A DNA stretch of 64,000 bases from an uncultured Gemmatimonadales bacterium (GCA_963779755.1 CAVZZO010000003.1:416001-480000), one strand, 5' to 3'. Shown: positions 37,029 to 47,177, numbered from the stretch's first letter. Numbers and translations: made by a program. Notes: generated by a model from the sequence alone, not told the origin.

Positions 37029-37480
37029 CGCTGGATTCTCCCGAAACCGGTGATCATGATCGAATCGACAATCCCCGCGTTCGACAACACGATCGTAGTG
37101 CCCAGGCGGCCGAACCCCAGGGGATCGATGGTGACCTGATTGGGCGTCGCCGCCAGCGCCACCCCATAGCCCTGGGACAGGTTGCGGACCGTGCCGATCG
37201 TATCCAGCGTGCCGCCGGCCGGCGAATTGGCGGTGATCCAGGCGCTGGTCCCGGAGACGTTCAGTGTCGTGGTGCGACTGGTCTGCACCGCCGCCGCCCG
37301 CGCCTGAGAATACAGGCTCACCAGCACCACCCGTGCGCTGCGGACGTCGCTGCGGACCTTGGCATCGCGCAATCGCGGCAGCCCGATCGCCGTCACGATG
37401 CCGATGAGCACGACGACCAGCAGCATCTCGATCAGCGAGAAGCCGCGCCGGCCGCGTACGGCGAGGGTGACTGAATGCAT
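37025..37480 (-). CDS. FimT/GspH-like minor pilin
   Basis: RRG|FSLIEMLLVVVLIGIV..IGLP, QARAAAV. Confidence 0.85.
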   Translation of the reverse strand: MHSVTLAVRGRRGFSLIEMLLVVVLIGIVTAIGLPRLRDAKVRSDVRSARVVLVSLYSQARAAAVQTSRTTTLNVSGTSAWITANSPAGGTLDTIGTVRNLSQGYGVALAATPNQVTIDPLGFGRLGTTIVLSNAGIVDSIMITGFGRIQR

Positions 37481-37762
37481 GGGCAGTTTCCTTTGGTGAA
37501 ACTCTGGGGCCGAGCTGTGCTTGCCGCAATTGATACTTTTCGAACAGCCAGGGACGCGCTGTATCGGAATTTGGCACGCCTCAACTGCTCAACACCACGG
37601 GTGCAGTTCCCTGCTCGCGTGGTAAGAATTTCAGCCGGCCCCTCCCACTCTGCATTTTTCGGGCGCGAGTGGCACGGTCTGCACCGAAAAGCAGGTGGAG
37701 CCCCTGCCCCTGCCCGGCGGCCCGTTGCGCAAGTGCATGAGCGGCGCTAACTTCTGCGCCCG

Positions 37763-37854
37763 GGAGTGGTGGCCGAGAGGCTGAAGGCGCCGGTTTGCTA
37801 AACCGTTATAGGGGTCTAAAGCTCCTATCGAGGGTTCGAATCCCTCCCACTCCG
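37763..37854 (+). tRNA. tRNA-Ser (anticodon GCT)
   Basis: Acceptor GGAGTGG/CCACTCC plus G, anticodon loop TTGCTAA, long variable arm, GGTTCGAATCC; CCA not encoded. Confidence 0.95.
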
Positions 37855-37940
37855 TCGAGTCGCTAGTCGCTAATCGCAAGGTTTGCGAGTGACTGGCGAC
37901 TTCGTCTGGGGCCATTGTCCATCGAGAAGCGACCAGCCTC

Positions 37941-39359
37941 ATGCCTCCCCCCCGCGTCCGATTTGCCCCCTCCCCTACCGGCTATCTCCATGTGGGCGGC
38001 GCCCGCACCGCACTGTTCAACTGGCTCTTTGCCCGGCATACCGGTGGAACGTTCGTGCTGCGGATCGAGGATACCGACCGGGAGCGCAGCACCGAGGCCC
38101 ATACCCAGGTCATCCTGGACGGGCTCTCCTGGCTGGGCGTCGGCTGGGACGAGGGGCCGTTCTTCCAGGGGAGCTACACCGCCCGGCATCGCGCCGATGC
38201 CGAACAGCTGCTGGCCCAGGGCAAGGCCTATCGCTGCTTCTGCACCCGGGAAGAGCTGGAGGCGCAGCGCGCCGCGGCGGGCCACGCACCCTTCCGCTAC
38301 GACCGCCGTTGCCTGCGGCTCGAGACCGCCCACGCCACCGAACGCATGGCGCGGGGCGACCCGTTCGTGATCCGCTTCCGCATGCCCGACGACGAACTGG
38401 CCTGGGACGATGCGGTCCACGGCCGGATCAGCTTCCAGGGCCGCGACCTGGACGACCTGGTCATCCTGCGCAGCGACGGGACCCCCATCTACAACCTGGC
38501 CGTGGTCTCCGACGATATCGCCATGGACATCACCCACGTGATCCGGGGCGACGACCACATCAGCAATACCCCCAAGCAGATCGCGCTCTACCGCGCCATG
38601 GGTCGGGAGCCGCCCGTCTTCGCGCACGTGCCCATGATCCTGGGGCCCGACGGGAAGAAGCTCTCCAAGCGCCACGGCGCCACGGCGGTGGGCGACTACC
38701 GCAACCAGGGCATCCTGCCCGCCGCCATGCGCAACTTCCTGGCCCTGCTGGGCTGGTCGCCGGGCGGCGACCGGGAGATCCTGCCCGAGGCGGAGATGAT
38801 CGCCCTCTTCTCCCTGGGGGGTATCCAGAGCAAGCCCGCCGTCTTCGATCTGGCCAAGCTGGAGTGGATGAACGGGCAGTATCTCTCGATGCTCCCCTCG
38901 GAAGACCTGGTGAATCCGGTCCGGGCCGAGCTGCGCCGGCGCGGAGTGCCGGAGCCCGGGCAGGACCGCCTGCTGGGTCTCATCACGGCGGTGAAGGCCC
39001 GCAGCCGTACCATCCTGGACATCGCGCGCCAGGTGGCGGTGCGGCTCGATTCCACACCCCCCGAGGTGGACGAGAAGGGACAGGCCCTGAAGGCAAAGAT
39101 GGGGCCGGAGTTCGCCGCCAACCTGCGGCTGGTGCACGACCGGCTGGCACCCCTGGCAGGCTCCTGGACCGCCGAAGAGATCCTGCAGGCCATCCGGCAA
39201 CTGGCCGGCGACGAGAACCGCAAGCTGGGAGACCTGATGCAGCCGGTGCGGGTGGCCATCACCGGCAGTACCGTCTCCGAGCCGGTGAACGAGCTGCTGG
39301 AGGCGGTGGGCCCGGAGGTCGCGCTGGGGAAGATGGCGACGGTGCTGGAAAGCGCCTGA
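37941..39359 (+). CDS. gltX: Glutamate--tRNA ligase
   Basis: RFAPSPTGYLHVGG, LRIEDTD, IRGDDH, KLSKR. Confidence 0.97.
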   Translation: MPPPRVRFAPSPTGYLHVGGARTALFNWLFARHTGGTFVLRIEDTDRERSTEAHTQVILDGLSWLGVGWDEGPFFQGSYTARHRADAEQLLAQGKAYRCFCTREELEAQRAAAGHAPFRYDRRCLRLETAHATERMARGDPFVIRFRMPDDELAWDDAVHGRISFQGRDLDDLVILRSDGTPIYNLAVVSDDIAMDITHVIRGDDHISNTPKQIALYRAMGREPPVFAHVPMILGPDGKKLSKRHGATAVGDYRNQGILPAAMRNFLALLGWSPGGDREILPEAEMIALFSLGGIQSKPAVFDLAKLEWMNGQYLSMLPSEDLVNPVRAELRRRGVPEPGQDRLLGLITAVKARSRTILDIARQVAVRLDSTPPEVDEKGQALKAKMGPEFAANLRLVHDRLAPLAGSWTAEEILQAIRQLAGDENRKLGDLMQPVRVAITGSTVSEPVNELLEAVGPEVALGKMATVLESA

Positions 39360-39361
39360 AG

Positions 39362-39431
39362 AGTCGAAGGGGTCGAGATGGCTGAGGAGGTCGAGACGCA
39401 GATCTCGACCCCCTCGACCTTCTCGACCCTC
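39362..39431. repeat. Inverted nonamer tracts (GTCGAAGGG-type) ... (CTCGACCYY)3
   Basis: Starts just after the gltX TGA. Confidence 0.8.
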
Positions 39432-39466
39432 AGTAGATCACCTTCCGTACTGCAACGCCGCCGAGC

Positions 39467-39910
39467 TCAGACCAGCAGGCCGGAGCGGAAGCGCCAGATC
39501 CGGCCCAGCAGATCGTCCAGATGGCCTTCGGTCACGAAGGCCTGGACGGCATGGGCGGTGGCGCTGACATCCATGCCCCACAGGCTGGCGCGCTTGTATT
39601 CGCTGCCGAACTCGAGCTGAATGAAGGCCCGTTCTTCCTGAGTCCAGACGGTGGGCAGGAGATCGGCAAATTGCTGGGACACCCCATTCACGCCGGGGCC
39701 CCCGATCGCCAAGGTGGGATTCAGGTGAAACAGCCGGTTCTGCAGGTACCACTCGTCGCCCACCACCACGGCGCGCCGGAAGGCGAACCCTGCGCCCCGG
39801 CGGTCGATCTCTTCTTTCAGGCGGTAGGCCAGGGGGCGGTCGCGTTCTTCGGCCCGGAGATCGGTGCCCGTAACCAGGATGATCGTCTCTTCGGTATCGA
39901 TCAGCTTCAT
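39467..39910 (-). CDS. Hypothetical protein
   Basis: 147 aa, alpha/beta-like composition, ATGA-coupled to the upstream gene. Confidence 0.7.
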   Translation of the reverse strand: MKLIDTEETIILVTGTDLRAEERDRPLAYRLKEEIDRRGAGFAFRRAVVVGDEWYLQNRLFHLNPTLAIGGPGVNGVSQQFADLLPTVWTQEERAFIQLEFGSEYKRASLWGMDVSATAHAVQAFVTEGHLDDLLGRIWRFRSGLLV

Positions 39911-40827
39911 CGTGTGCCACCACTGTCGGCCGGGATGTCGGGACGGGTTCGCTGCGCCTTGCGAAAGGCGCGCTCCTGCTCTTTCCGCTCCCGGATCTCC
40001 CGGATCTGTTCCTTGAACTCGTCCATCGTCGCGGCCCGCTGCGCGGCGTGCTGCAGATCGGCGCGCATGTCCATCAGGTGATTGTATGCCCGGGCCTGAT
40101 CGATATTGCCCTGCGGCAGCGGCAGGAGCGCCAGCACCACCGCCGGGATCTTGATCCCTGCAATGTATATGTTGTGCTGGTCCACCCCAAACTTCCTGCC
40201 GCCCACCTTCGCCACCCAGCTCGGCAGCTTCATGCCCCGCGCTTCCGGCTCACGCGCCAGCGAATCGAGATAGGCCTGGAGAATGGCGGTGACCGCGCTG
40301 TCCACCCTGGCTACCTCGGTGTCGGCCAGCACCTCGCGCAGTTCGCGCGGCGTCACCGGCAGCGGCCGCACCCAGAGCACGGAATCGGCCAGCGCGGGCC
40401 GCAACGAACCCGCCTCCTGCGCCACCGCACCGGCGGTGTCGCCGCCCCCCGGCAGCCCGGGCGCAGCCAGGGTATCGCCGGCGGCGGCCTCCGGAGCGAC
40501 CGGCGCCGGCTGCTCCACCGGCTGCGGCGGGGGCCGCCGGGCTGGAGGGGCTGGGGCCATCGGAGCCTGGGGGCGGCGGGGCTCAGCACGGGACGGGAGA
40601 TAAGGCTCCATCGCGGCCGAAGAGCGCGGCGCCCTGGGCAGCACGACGATCAACTGGCCGGCGCCGGAGGGCGGCCGGGGCGGCCGGGCCCGCACCCACA
40701 CGGCGATCAGCGCTGCGTGCAGCGCCAGGCTCAGCCCCAGCGCAATCCAGAGCCACCCCCGGCGCGGGGGACGGGGAAAGAAAAGCTCAGGTGCTCGCGG
40801 CAACCGGCCCACTGCCCAGCGCGGCAC
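39907..40827 (-). CDS. Membrane-anchored Pro-rich hypothetical protein (TonB-like N-terminus)
   Basis: SLALH TM motif, Pro-rich linker, helical C-terminus; start uncertain. Confidence 0.65.
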   Translation of the reverse strand: MPRWAVGRLPRAPELFFPRPPRRGWLWIALGLSLALHAALIAVWVRARPPRPPSGAGQLIVVLPRAPRSSAAMEPYLPSRAEPRRPQAPMAPAPPARRPPPQPVEQPAPVAPEAAAGDTLAAPGLPGGGDTAGAVAQEAGSLRPALADSVLWVRPLPVTPRELREVLADTEVARVDSAVTAILQAYLDSLAREPEARGMKLPSWVAKVGGRKFGVDQHNIYIAGIKIPAVVLALLPLPQGNIDQARAYNHLMDMRADLQHAAQRAATMDEFKEQIREIRERKEQERAFRKAQRTRPDIPADSGGTR

Positions 40828-41983
40828 GGATGCGGCCGAGCCGGCGGGCCGCTTCGGCCAGCCGCCCGGCGCCTACGGTCAGCGCGATGCGGAAGAACCC
40901 CTCCCCACCCGGCCCGAAGGCGCTGCCGGCCAGCACCAGCACTCCTTCCTCCTCCAGCGCCCGGCGGGCGAACTGCGCCGAGGGCACCCCCTCGGGCAGC
41001 GGGACCCAGAGATACATCGCGGCCTGCGGCGACTCGGCCGGGAAGCCGGCCTGGCGCAGTGCGTCCACCCCGGCATCGCGCCGCCGCTGCAGCTCGGCCA
41101 CCAGCGGGGCCGCCAGCTGCTCGGTTTCGGCCACTACGGCCGCAGCGGCTTTCTGCAGCGCCAGAAAGACCCCGGTATCCACGTAGGACTTGACCCGCGC
41201 CAGCGCGGCGATCAGCTCCGGCGCCCCGGCCGCCCAACCCACCCGCCAGCCCGTCATGGAGAAGGTCTTCGACAACGAGAAGAACTCGATCGCGATCTCC
41301 CGCGCACCCGCGATCTCGAAGATGCCGGGCGCCCGGTAGCCGTCGAAGCCGATCTCGCTGTAGGCGTTGTCGTAGGCCAGCAGAATGTCGTGCTTGCGGC
41401 AGAGGCCGACGGTGCGCTCGAGATAGTCCCGGGGAGCGACGGCCGCCGTCGGGTTGTTGGGATAGTTGAGGAAGACCAGCTTCGCCCGCCGCAACACGTC
41501 TTCCGGCAGTTCGTCCAGTTCCAGCAGAAAACCGGTGCGCGGCGTGAGCGGCACCACATGCGGGGTCCCGCCCGCCAGCAGGGTCCCGCCCAGATAGGCC
41601 TGATAGCCCGGCTCCGGCACGATGGCCACGTCGCCCGGGTCGAGCACCGTGAACGGCAGATGGGCAATCCCCTCCTTCGACCCGATGAGCGGCAGCAGCT
41701 CGGCGGCCGGATCGAACCGCTGGCCGAAGCGCCGTTCCATCCACGCGGCGATGGCCTGGCGGAACTCCGGCAACCCCTGCTGAAAGCCGTATTTGCTCAG
41801 CGCGGGCGTGCCCAGCGCCTCGCGCAGCGACTCCACCGCCGCGCTGGGTGGCGGCAGATCCACGTCCCCCGCGCCCAGGTCGATGACATCCATGCCTTCC
41901 TGGATGAGGCGCCGCTTGATGGCCGGCAGCTCGGCCAGGGGGTAGCCGGGGAGCGCCTGGAGGGTGTGGCTGAACTTGATCAT
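40787..41983 (-). CDS. Class I/II PLP aminotransferase (LL-DAP aminotransferase-like)
   Basis: IGSKEG, NYPNNPT, DNAY, SLSKTFSMTGWRVG. Confidence 0.88.
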   Translation of the reverse strand: MIKFSHTLQALPGYPLAELPAIKRRLIQEGMDVIDLGAGDVDLPPPSAAVESLREALGTPALSKYGFQQGLPEFRQAIAAWMERRFGQRFDPAAELLPLIGSKEGIAHLPFTVLDPGDVAIVPEPGYQAYLGGTLLAGGTPHVVPLTPRTGFLLELDELPEDVLRRAKLVFLNYPNNPTAAVAPRDYLERTVGLCRKHDILLAYDNAYSEIGFDGYRAPGIFEIAGAREIAIEFFSLSKTFSMTGWRVGWAAGAPELIAALARVKSYVDTGVFLALQKAAAAVVAETEQLAAPLVAELQRRRDAGVDALRQAGFPAESPQAAMYLWVPLPEGVPSAQFARRALEEEGVLVLAGSAFGPGGEGFFRIALTVGAGRLAEAARRLGRIRAALGSGPVAAST

Positions 41984-42024
41984 GGTCCGGTCTCTTGCCT
42001 GGTTATCGGTGGGGGGCGCACCGG

Positions 42025-42642
42025 TCACTGCTCACGCCTCACCGTATTCCGCAGCACTCCCACCCCCGACACCTCCACCTCCACCACGTCGCCGTCTTCC
42101 AGCTTCCCCACCCCGGCCGGCGTGCCGGTCGCGATCAGGTCGCCGGGCTCCAGCGTCATGATCCCACTGATGTAGGCCAGCAGGAACGGGATGGAAAAGT
42201 GCATGTCCCTGGCCGCGCCGCGCTGCCGTTCCTGGCCGTTCACTCGTCCGAGAACCTCCAGCTCGCGCCAGTCGAGCCCGCTCACCACCCGAGGCCCCAC
42301 GGGGCAGAAGGTATCGAAGCCCTTGGCCCGGCCCCACTGACCATCCGTCTTCTGGAGATCGCGGGCGGTGACGTCGTTCACACAGGTGAATCCGCCGATC
42401 GCCGCCTGCGCCTCGTCCTCGCCCGCATGCCGCAGCCGCCGGCCCACCACCACGCCGATTTCGGCCTCGTGTTCCACCTGGCTGGATGCCCCGGGCAGGA
42501 GAATCGCCTCGTCGGGCCCGATGATGGCGCTGGGCGGCTTGAAAAAGAGCATCGGCTGGGACGGGACGGCGTTGCCCAGCTCTTTGGCATGGGCCGGATA
42601 GTTGCGCCCCACGCAGATGATCTTCGACGGGGTGTCGATCAT
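42025..42642 (-). CDS. Fumarylacetoacetate hydrolase family protein
   Basis: CVGRNY, FFKP, HEAE, NDVTARD, AKGFDTF, TGTPAGVG. Confidence 0.92.
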   Translation of the reverse strand: MIDTPSKIICVGRNYPAHAKELGNAVPSQPMLFFKPPSAIIGPDEAILLPGASSQVEHEAEIGVVVGRRLRHAGEDEAQAAIGGFTCVNDVTARDLQKTDGQWGRAKGFDTFCPVGPRVVSGLDWRELEVLGRVNGQERQRGAARDMHFSIPFLLAYISGIMTLEPGDLIATGTPAGVGKLEDGDVVEVEVSGVGVLRNTVRREQ

Positions 42643-45140
42643 ACGCTCGCTCCGATTCCGTGACGGGCGAAGAAGTCTTCCACTCGAGACAGCACCTGTT
42701 GCCAGCTCCCCACGATCCGGTCGGCCCGGGGCAGGCCGCTCAGCACCAGCGGGCCGTAGCGTTTGGTAATGACCCGGCGGTCGAGCAGCACCACCACGCC
42801 CACGTCGCTGCCGGAACGGATGAGCCGCCCGAACCCCTGCTTCAACTTGAGGGCGGCGTGCGGCAGGAGGTAGTGCATGAAGCCGTCCTCCCCCTGCTCC
42901 GCCAGCCGCTCCAGCCGGGCCTGGGTGATCGGCTCGCTGGGGACCTTGAAGGGGAGCTTGGTGAGCACCAGCGTGCGCAAGGCGCGGCCCGGCACATCCA
43001 CCCCCTCCCAGAAGGAGTCGGTCCCCAGCAGAATGGCGTTCCCCGCATCGCGAAAGCGCCGCAGCAGGAGATCGCGCGGGCCTTCGCCCTGCACCAGAAT
43101 GGGCCAGCGGTTCCCCAGGCTTCCCTGGAGCTCGGCGGCCACGCGGCGCAGGGCGGCGTAGCTGGTAAAGAGGACGAACATCCCGCCGTCCGACGCATAG
43201 GCCAGGTCGCTCACCACCTGGGCCACCGCGGAGGCATGGGTATGCTCATCCTCCCGGGGGTCGGGCATGTCGTCCGGAATGCCGAAGAGGCACTGGGACA
43301 GAAAATCGAAAGGCGAGGGGAGGATTTCCCGGACCGTGACCGGACTGGGTTCGTGCCGCAGCCCCAGCCGCGACTCCAGAAAATCAAACTCGCCAGCGGC
43401 CGCCAGGGTGGCGCTGGTGAGGGCGACGGTCTTCACCCGGTCGAAGAGCAGCTCGCGCAACACCGGGGCCAGGTCGATGGGCACCGCCGCCAGGCCCACG
43501 TTCTGTCCCCGCGAGCCGGTCCGTTCCAGCCAGCGCACGGTGGGATCGCCGCCGGGCACCGGCCGCAGCGTAAGGTTGAGGGCATCGGAGGCGCTCTCCA
43601 GCCGGCGCACCACCGCCCGCATTTCCTGCAGCAGCTGACCCCGGCGCTCCGACTCCTCGCCCTCGGCCATCCGGTCGGCGATGGTCTCCACATGATCCTT
43701 GAGCGCGCGGAAGGCACCCAGGACGTCGTCCAGCTCGCGCCCCAGCCCCTCCGGCCAGACGGGATCGGCGGCGAAGTCGTCGCCCAGGCGAAACACACCG
43801 CCCTGCACCGCCCCCACCCGGGCATGCAGCCGGAGCAGCATGGCCTCGGTGGCCCGGCGCGCCGTGGCGAGCGAGGGCAGCAGCCGTTGCTGCAGGAGGT
43901 CGAGGCTGGCACGGCTCAGGAGATCGCCCCGGCTGGACAACTCCCAGCTGAGCGCCGGCGCCAGCCCGCGGCCGTTGCGTTCGAAGCGCGAGAGCAGGCG
44001 CCGGAGACCATAGCTCGAGAGATGCACGCCCAGGTGATTCGCGGCGACGTCCTCCAGATGGTGGGCCTCGTCCAGGATCAGCCGCTGGTAGGGCGGCAAC
44101 ACGGCGGCATCCTGCCAGTTGTCCTGCGCCCGCCGGACGGCCAGGTCGGCCGCCAGCAGATGGTGGTTGACCACTACGACATCGGCCTCGGCGGCCCTGC
44201 GGCGGGCGGCGAAGAGAAAGCAGCGGTCGAAGTACTGGCATTTCACCCGGCTGCAGAGATCGGCCTCGGCGCTCACTTCGTCCCACACCTCGTGGCTGGG
44301 CGTGGCCGGCAGATCGCTCAGCGTGCCGTCGGCGGTATGGCCGGCCCAGGCGGCGATGGCCGCGAGCTCATCGAGCTTGTCGGGCTCGAGCAGGCTGCGC
44401 TGGGCGCCCACCGCCTGGTGCAGCCGCAGCAGGCAGAGATAGTTCCGCCACCCCTTGAGCAGCGCGTAGGTGGGCTCGCGTTCACCGTCCGCCAGGGCGC
44501 GGCGTAGCAGGGGCAGGTCTTTTCCCACCAGCTGTTCCTGCAGATTGATGGTGTTGGTGCTGACCACGGTACGTTCGTCGTTGGCGCGGGCCCAGGCCAG
44601 CGCCGGCACCAGATAGGCGAACGACTTCCCCACGCCGGTGCCCGCCTCCAGCAGGACCACGCCCCCGTCGTTGTACGCGTCGGCGATGTAGGCGGCCATA
44701 TCGCGCTGGCTGGGACGGTCTTCATACTGGCCCAGAACCCCCGCCACCGGCCCCTGCTCGCCCAGGGTGGCCACCACGCCCAGGGTGTCGAGCGGGGTGG
44801 CCCGGCGGCTGCGCGGGACCTCCACCACTACATAGAGCTCGCAGGCCTGGTTATCGATGATGCCGAACCCGATGCCGCCGTCGTGCAGCCGGGCGGCGAC
44901 GCCCAGATCGGGCGGGGAGGGATCGAGCCGGCCGCTGGGGTGGTTGTGGAGGACCATTTCGCCCCGCCGGGCGATGCCCGGCAGAGCCAGGACCATGTCC
45001 ACCGTGCCCCGCGCCACGGCACGCGCCCCGGTGATGACGCCATCGGCATCGACATCCGCGACGAACGAGACCTCGCGGCCGCCGGCGGCGGCGATCTCAT
45101 CCGCCAGGATACGGCGGGCGGCGGGCGAGAGACGATCCAT
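42639..45140 (-). CDS. DinG/YoaA-family Fe-S helicase with N-terminal JAB/MPN-like domain
   Basis: EAGTGVGKS, NYLC...C..C...C, DEAH, FWEGVD, QGFGRLIR; N-terminal HNHPSG..PS..D. Confidence 0.9.
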   Translation of the reverse strand: MDRLSPAARRILADEIAAAGGREVSFVADVDADGVITGARAVARGTVDMVLALPGIARRGEMVLHNHPSGRLDPSPPDLGVAARLHDGGIGFGIIDNQACELYVVVEVPRSRRATPLDTLGVVATLGEQGPVAGVLGQYEDRPSQRDMAAYIADAYNDGGVVLLEAGTGVGKSFAYLVPALAWARANDERTVVSTNTINLQEQLVGKDLPLLRRALADGEREPTYALLKGWRNYLCLLRLHQAVGAQRSLLEPDKLDELAAIAAWAGHTADGTLSDLPATPSHEVWDEVSAEADLCSRVKCQYFDRCFLFAARRRAAEADVVVVNHHLLAADLAVRRAQDNWQDAAVLPPYQRLILDEAHHLEDVAANHLGVHLSSYGLRRLLSRFERNGRGLAPALSWELSSRGDLLSRASLDLLQQRLLPSLATARRATEAMLLRLHARVGAVQGGVFRLGDDFAADPVWPEGLGRELDDVLGAFRALKDHVETIADRMAEGEESERRGQLLQEMRAVVRRLESASDALNLTLRPVPGGDPTVRWLERTGSRGQNVGLAAVPIDLAPVLRELLFDRVKTVALTSATLAAAGEFDFLESRLGLRHEPSPVTVREILPSPFDFLSQCLFGIPDDMPDPREDEHTHASAVAQVVSDLAYASDGGMFVLFTSYAALRRVAAELQGSLGNRWPILVQGEGPRDLLLRRFRDAGNAILLGTDSFWEGVDVPGRALRTLVLTKLPFKVPSEPITQARLERLAEQGEDGFMHYLLPHAALKLKQGFGRLIRSGSDVGVVVLLDRRVITKRYGPLVLSGLPRADRIVGSWQQVLSRVEDFFARHGIGASV

Positions 45141-45193
45141 GCGGGGACAGCTTCCGGCCGGAGGGTGAACAGGCTGGGGGAATCGCGCGAAAG

Positions 45194-46270
45194 TTAACTC
45201 AGCCGCTGGCCGTTGTCGTGGGCAAAAAAATGCAGATGGTCACGCTGGAAGCGAAGGCCGGCACCGGTATTCTCCTCCGGTGCGCTGTCGGCGGGCGCCA
45301 GCACCCGGAGGGCGGGGATACCGGCGGCGCCCAGGTGAAGCAGGACCTCGCGGCCCAGCGGTTCCGCCACATCCACTCTCGCGTCGATGTCTCCCTCCCC
45401 CGGCGCGGTCAGCCGGATATCCGAGGGACGGACGCCCAGCGTAACCGGCCCTTCAGCCGCCGGCAGTTGGTCCAGCGAGATGTCCCAGCCGTCGGCCTGG
45501 AAGACTGACCGGCCGTCCCGTCGAACCAGCGCTCCCGGGAAGAAGTTCATGGCCGGCGAGCCGATGAACCCCGCGACAAACCGGTTGGCGGGCCGCCGGT
45601 AGACCTCCATCGGCCGGGCGTACTGCTGCAGGCGCCCCTGGTGCATGACCGCCACCCGGTCGCTCAGGGTCATGGCCTCTTCCTGGTCGTGCGTGACGTA
45701 GAGCATGGTGGCGCCCAGCCGCCGTTGCATCCGTGCCAGCTCGGTTCGGGTCTCCACCCGCAGGCGGGCATCGAGGTTGGACAGCGGCTCGTCCAGCAGA
45801 AAGCCCCGGGGCTCCCGCACCATGGCCCGCCCCAGCGCCACACGCTGTCGCTGCCCGCCGGAGAGCTGCCGGGGCTTCCGCTCCAGCAGCTCGCCGATGC
45901 CGAGCTGTTCCGCCACCCGGGAGACGCGGGCGTCGATGGCACCAGCATCCTGTTTCTGCATTCGCAGCGGAAAGGCGAGGTTCTGGCGCACCGTCTTGTG
46001 AGGGTAGAGCGCGTAGGACTGGAAGACCATGGCAAGGTCCCGCGCCTGCGGCGGCAGCGCGGTGATGTCCCGCCCGCCCAGCAGGATCCGCCCGCCGGTG
46101 GGGTGCTCCAGCCCGGCCACCAGCCGCAATGTGGTGCTCTTGCCAGAGCCCGAGGGGCCCACCAGCACCACGAATTCCCCGTCGTTCACCTCGAGATCGA
46201 GGCTGGCCACCGCCGGTACCGCGGCGCCCGGGTAGGTCTTGGCGATGTGCTCGAGGCGTATGGTTGCCAT
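45194..46270 (-). CDS. Sugar ABC transporter ATP-binding protein (MalK-like)
   Basis: GPSGSGKS, VFQSYALYPH, LSGGQRQR, LDEPLSNLD. Confidence 0.95.
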   Translation of the reverse strand: MATIRLEHIAKTYPGAAVPAVASLDLEVNDGEFVVLVGPSGSGKSTTLRLVAGLEHPTGGRILLGGRDITALPPQARDLAMVFQSYALYPHKTVRQNLAFPLRMQKQDAGAIDARVSRVAEQLGIGELLERKPRQLSGGQRQRVALGRAMVREPRGFLLDEPLSNLDARLRVETRTELARMQRRLGATMLYVTHDQEEAMTLSDRVAVMHQGRLQQYARPMEVYRRPANRFVAGFIGSPAMNFFPGALVRRDGRSVFQADGWDISLDQLPAAEGPVTLGVRPSDIRLTAPGEGDIDARVDVAEPLGREVLLHLGAAGIPALRVLAPADSAPEENTGAGLRFQRDHLHFFAHDNGQRLS

Positions 46271-46325
46271 CTATGCTCCCCAACCCAGGCGGCGTCTTCC
46301 GGTGTAAGCAATCGAGTGCATGCTA

Positions 46326-47177
46326 TCAGCCTTTCACTGCCCCGGACGTCAGCCCCTGAACGATCCGGCGCTGGAAGAACAGCACCAGCACCGCCACCGG
46401 CGCCGTGGCGACCACGGCTGCGGCGAGGATCTGCCCCCAGGGCACCTGATACTGCCCCCGGAACAGCGCGATCGCCACCGGCACCGTCTGCCGCTCCGGC
46501 CCCAGCGTGAACGACAGCGCGAAGAGAAACTCGTTCCAGCAGTACACCAGCGTCAGGATACCGGTGGCGGCAAGCCCCGGCAGCGCGAGCGGCAGAATGA
46601 TCTCGCGCAAGATGCGCAGCCGGCCCGCCCCATCCATCATGGCTGCCTCTTCCAGCTCGCGCGGCAACTGGCGGAAAAAACTGGTGAGCAGCCAGACGGT
46701 CAGCGGCATGGCGAAGGTGAGGTACGGCAGCACCAGGCCGGGATAGGTATTGATGAGCCCCAGGCTCCGCAGCAGCAGGTAGAGCGGCGAGACGATCGAG
46801 ATCTGGGGGAACATGGAGACCGCCAGCACGAACCCGAGCACCAGCGACTTGCCGCGGAACTGCAGCCGGGCCAGGGCATAGGCGCAGAGCGACCCCAGCA
46901 GCAGGCACAGGAGGGTCGTGGCGCCGGCCACCACCAGAGAATTGCGGATGGGAAGCCAGAAATTCCGCTGGGTGAAGAGGGCGCGGTAGTGCTCCAGCAC
47001 CGGCGCCGCGGGGAACAGGGCCGGATGGGAGAAGAGGGTCGCCTCCGGCGTGACGGACGCGACGAGCATCCAGTACAGAGGGCCTGCCGCGGCCACCACC
47101 ACCGCGACCGTGGCGAACCGGCGGAGGAACCCCCAGCCCGCCGAGTACGCCGAGGCGCCCGAGCCAGTCCTAGTCAT
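46326..47177 (-). CDS. Sugar ABC transporter permease
   Basis: EEAAMMDGA EAA loop, WNEFLFA. Confidence 0.93.
   Translation of the reverse strand: MTRTGSGASAYSAGWGFLRRFATVAVVVAAAGPLYWMLVASVTPEATLFSHPALFPAAPVLEHYRALFTQRNFWLPIRNSLVVAGATTLLCLLLGSLCAYALARLQFRGKSLVLGFVLAVSMFPQISIVSPLYLLLRSLGLINTYPGLVLPYLTFAMPLTVWLLTSFFRQLPRELEEAAMMDGAGRLRILREIILPLALPGLAATGILTLVYCWNEFLFALSFTLGPERQTVPVAIALFRGQYQVPWGQILAAAVVATAPVAVLVLFFQRRIVQGLTSGAVKG

Noticed and set aside
37481..37740. Sigma54 promoter or c-di-GMP riboswitch for the pilin operon
   Set aside because: The TGGCACG motifs are on the opposite strand and lack the correct spacing to TTGC; no riboswitch consensus recognised
42639..45140. Type IV CRISPR-associated CasDinG
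   Set aside because: No cas genes or array; housekeeping operon context
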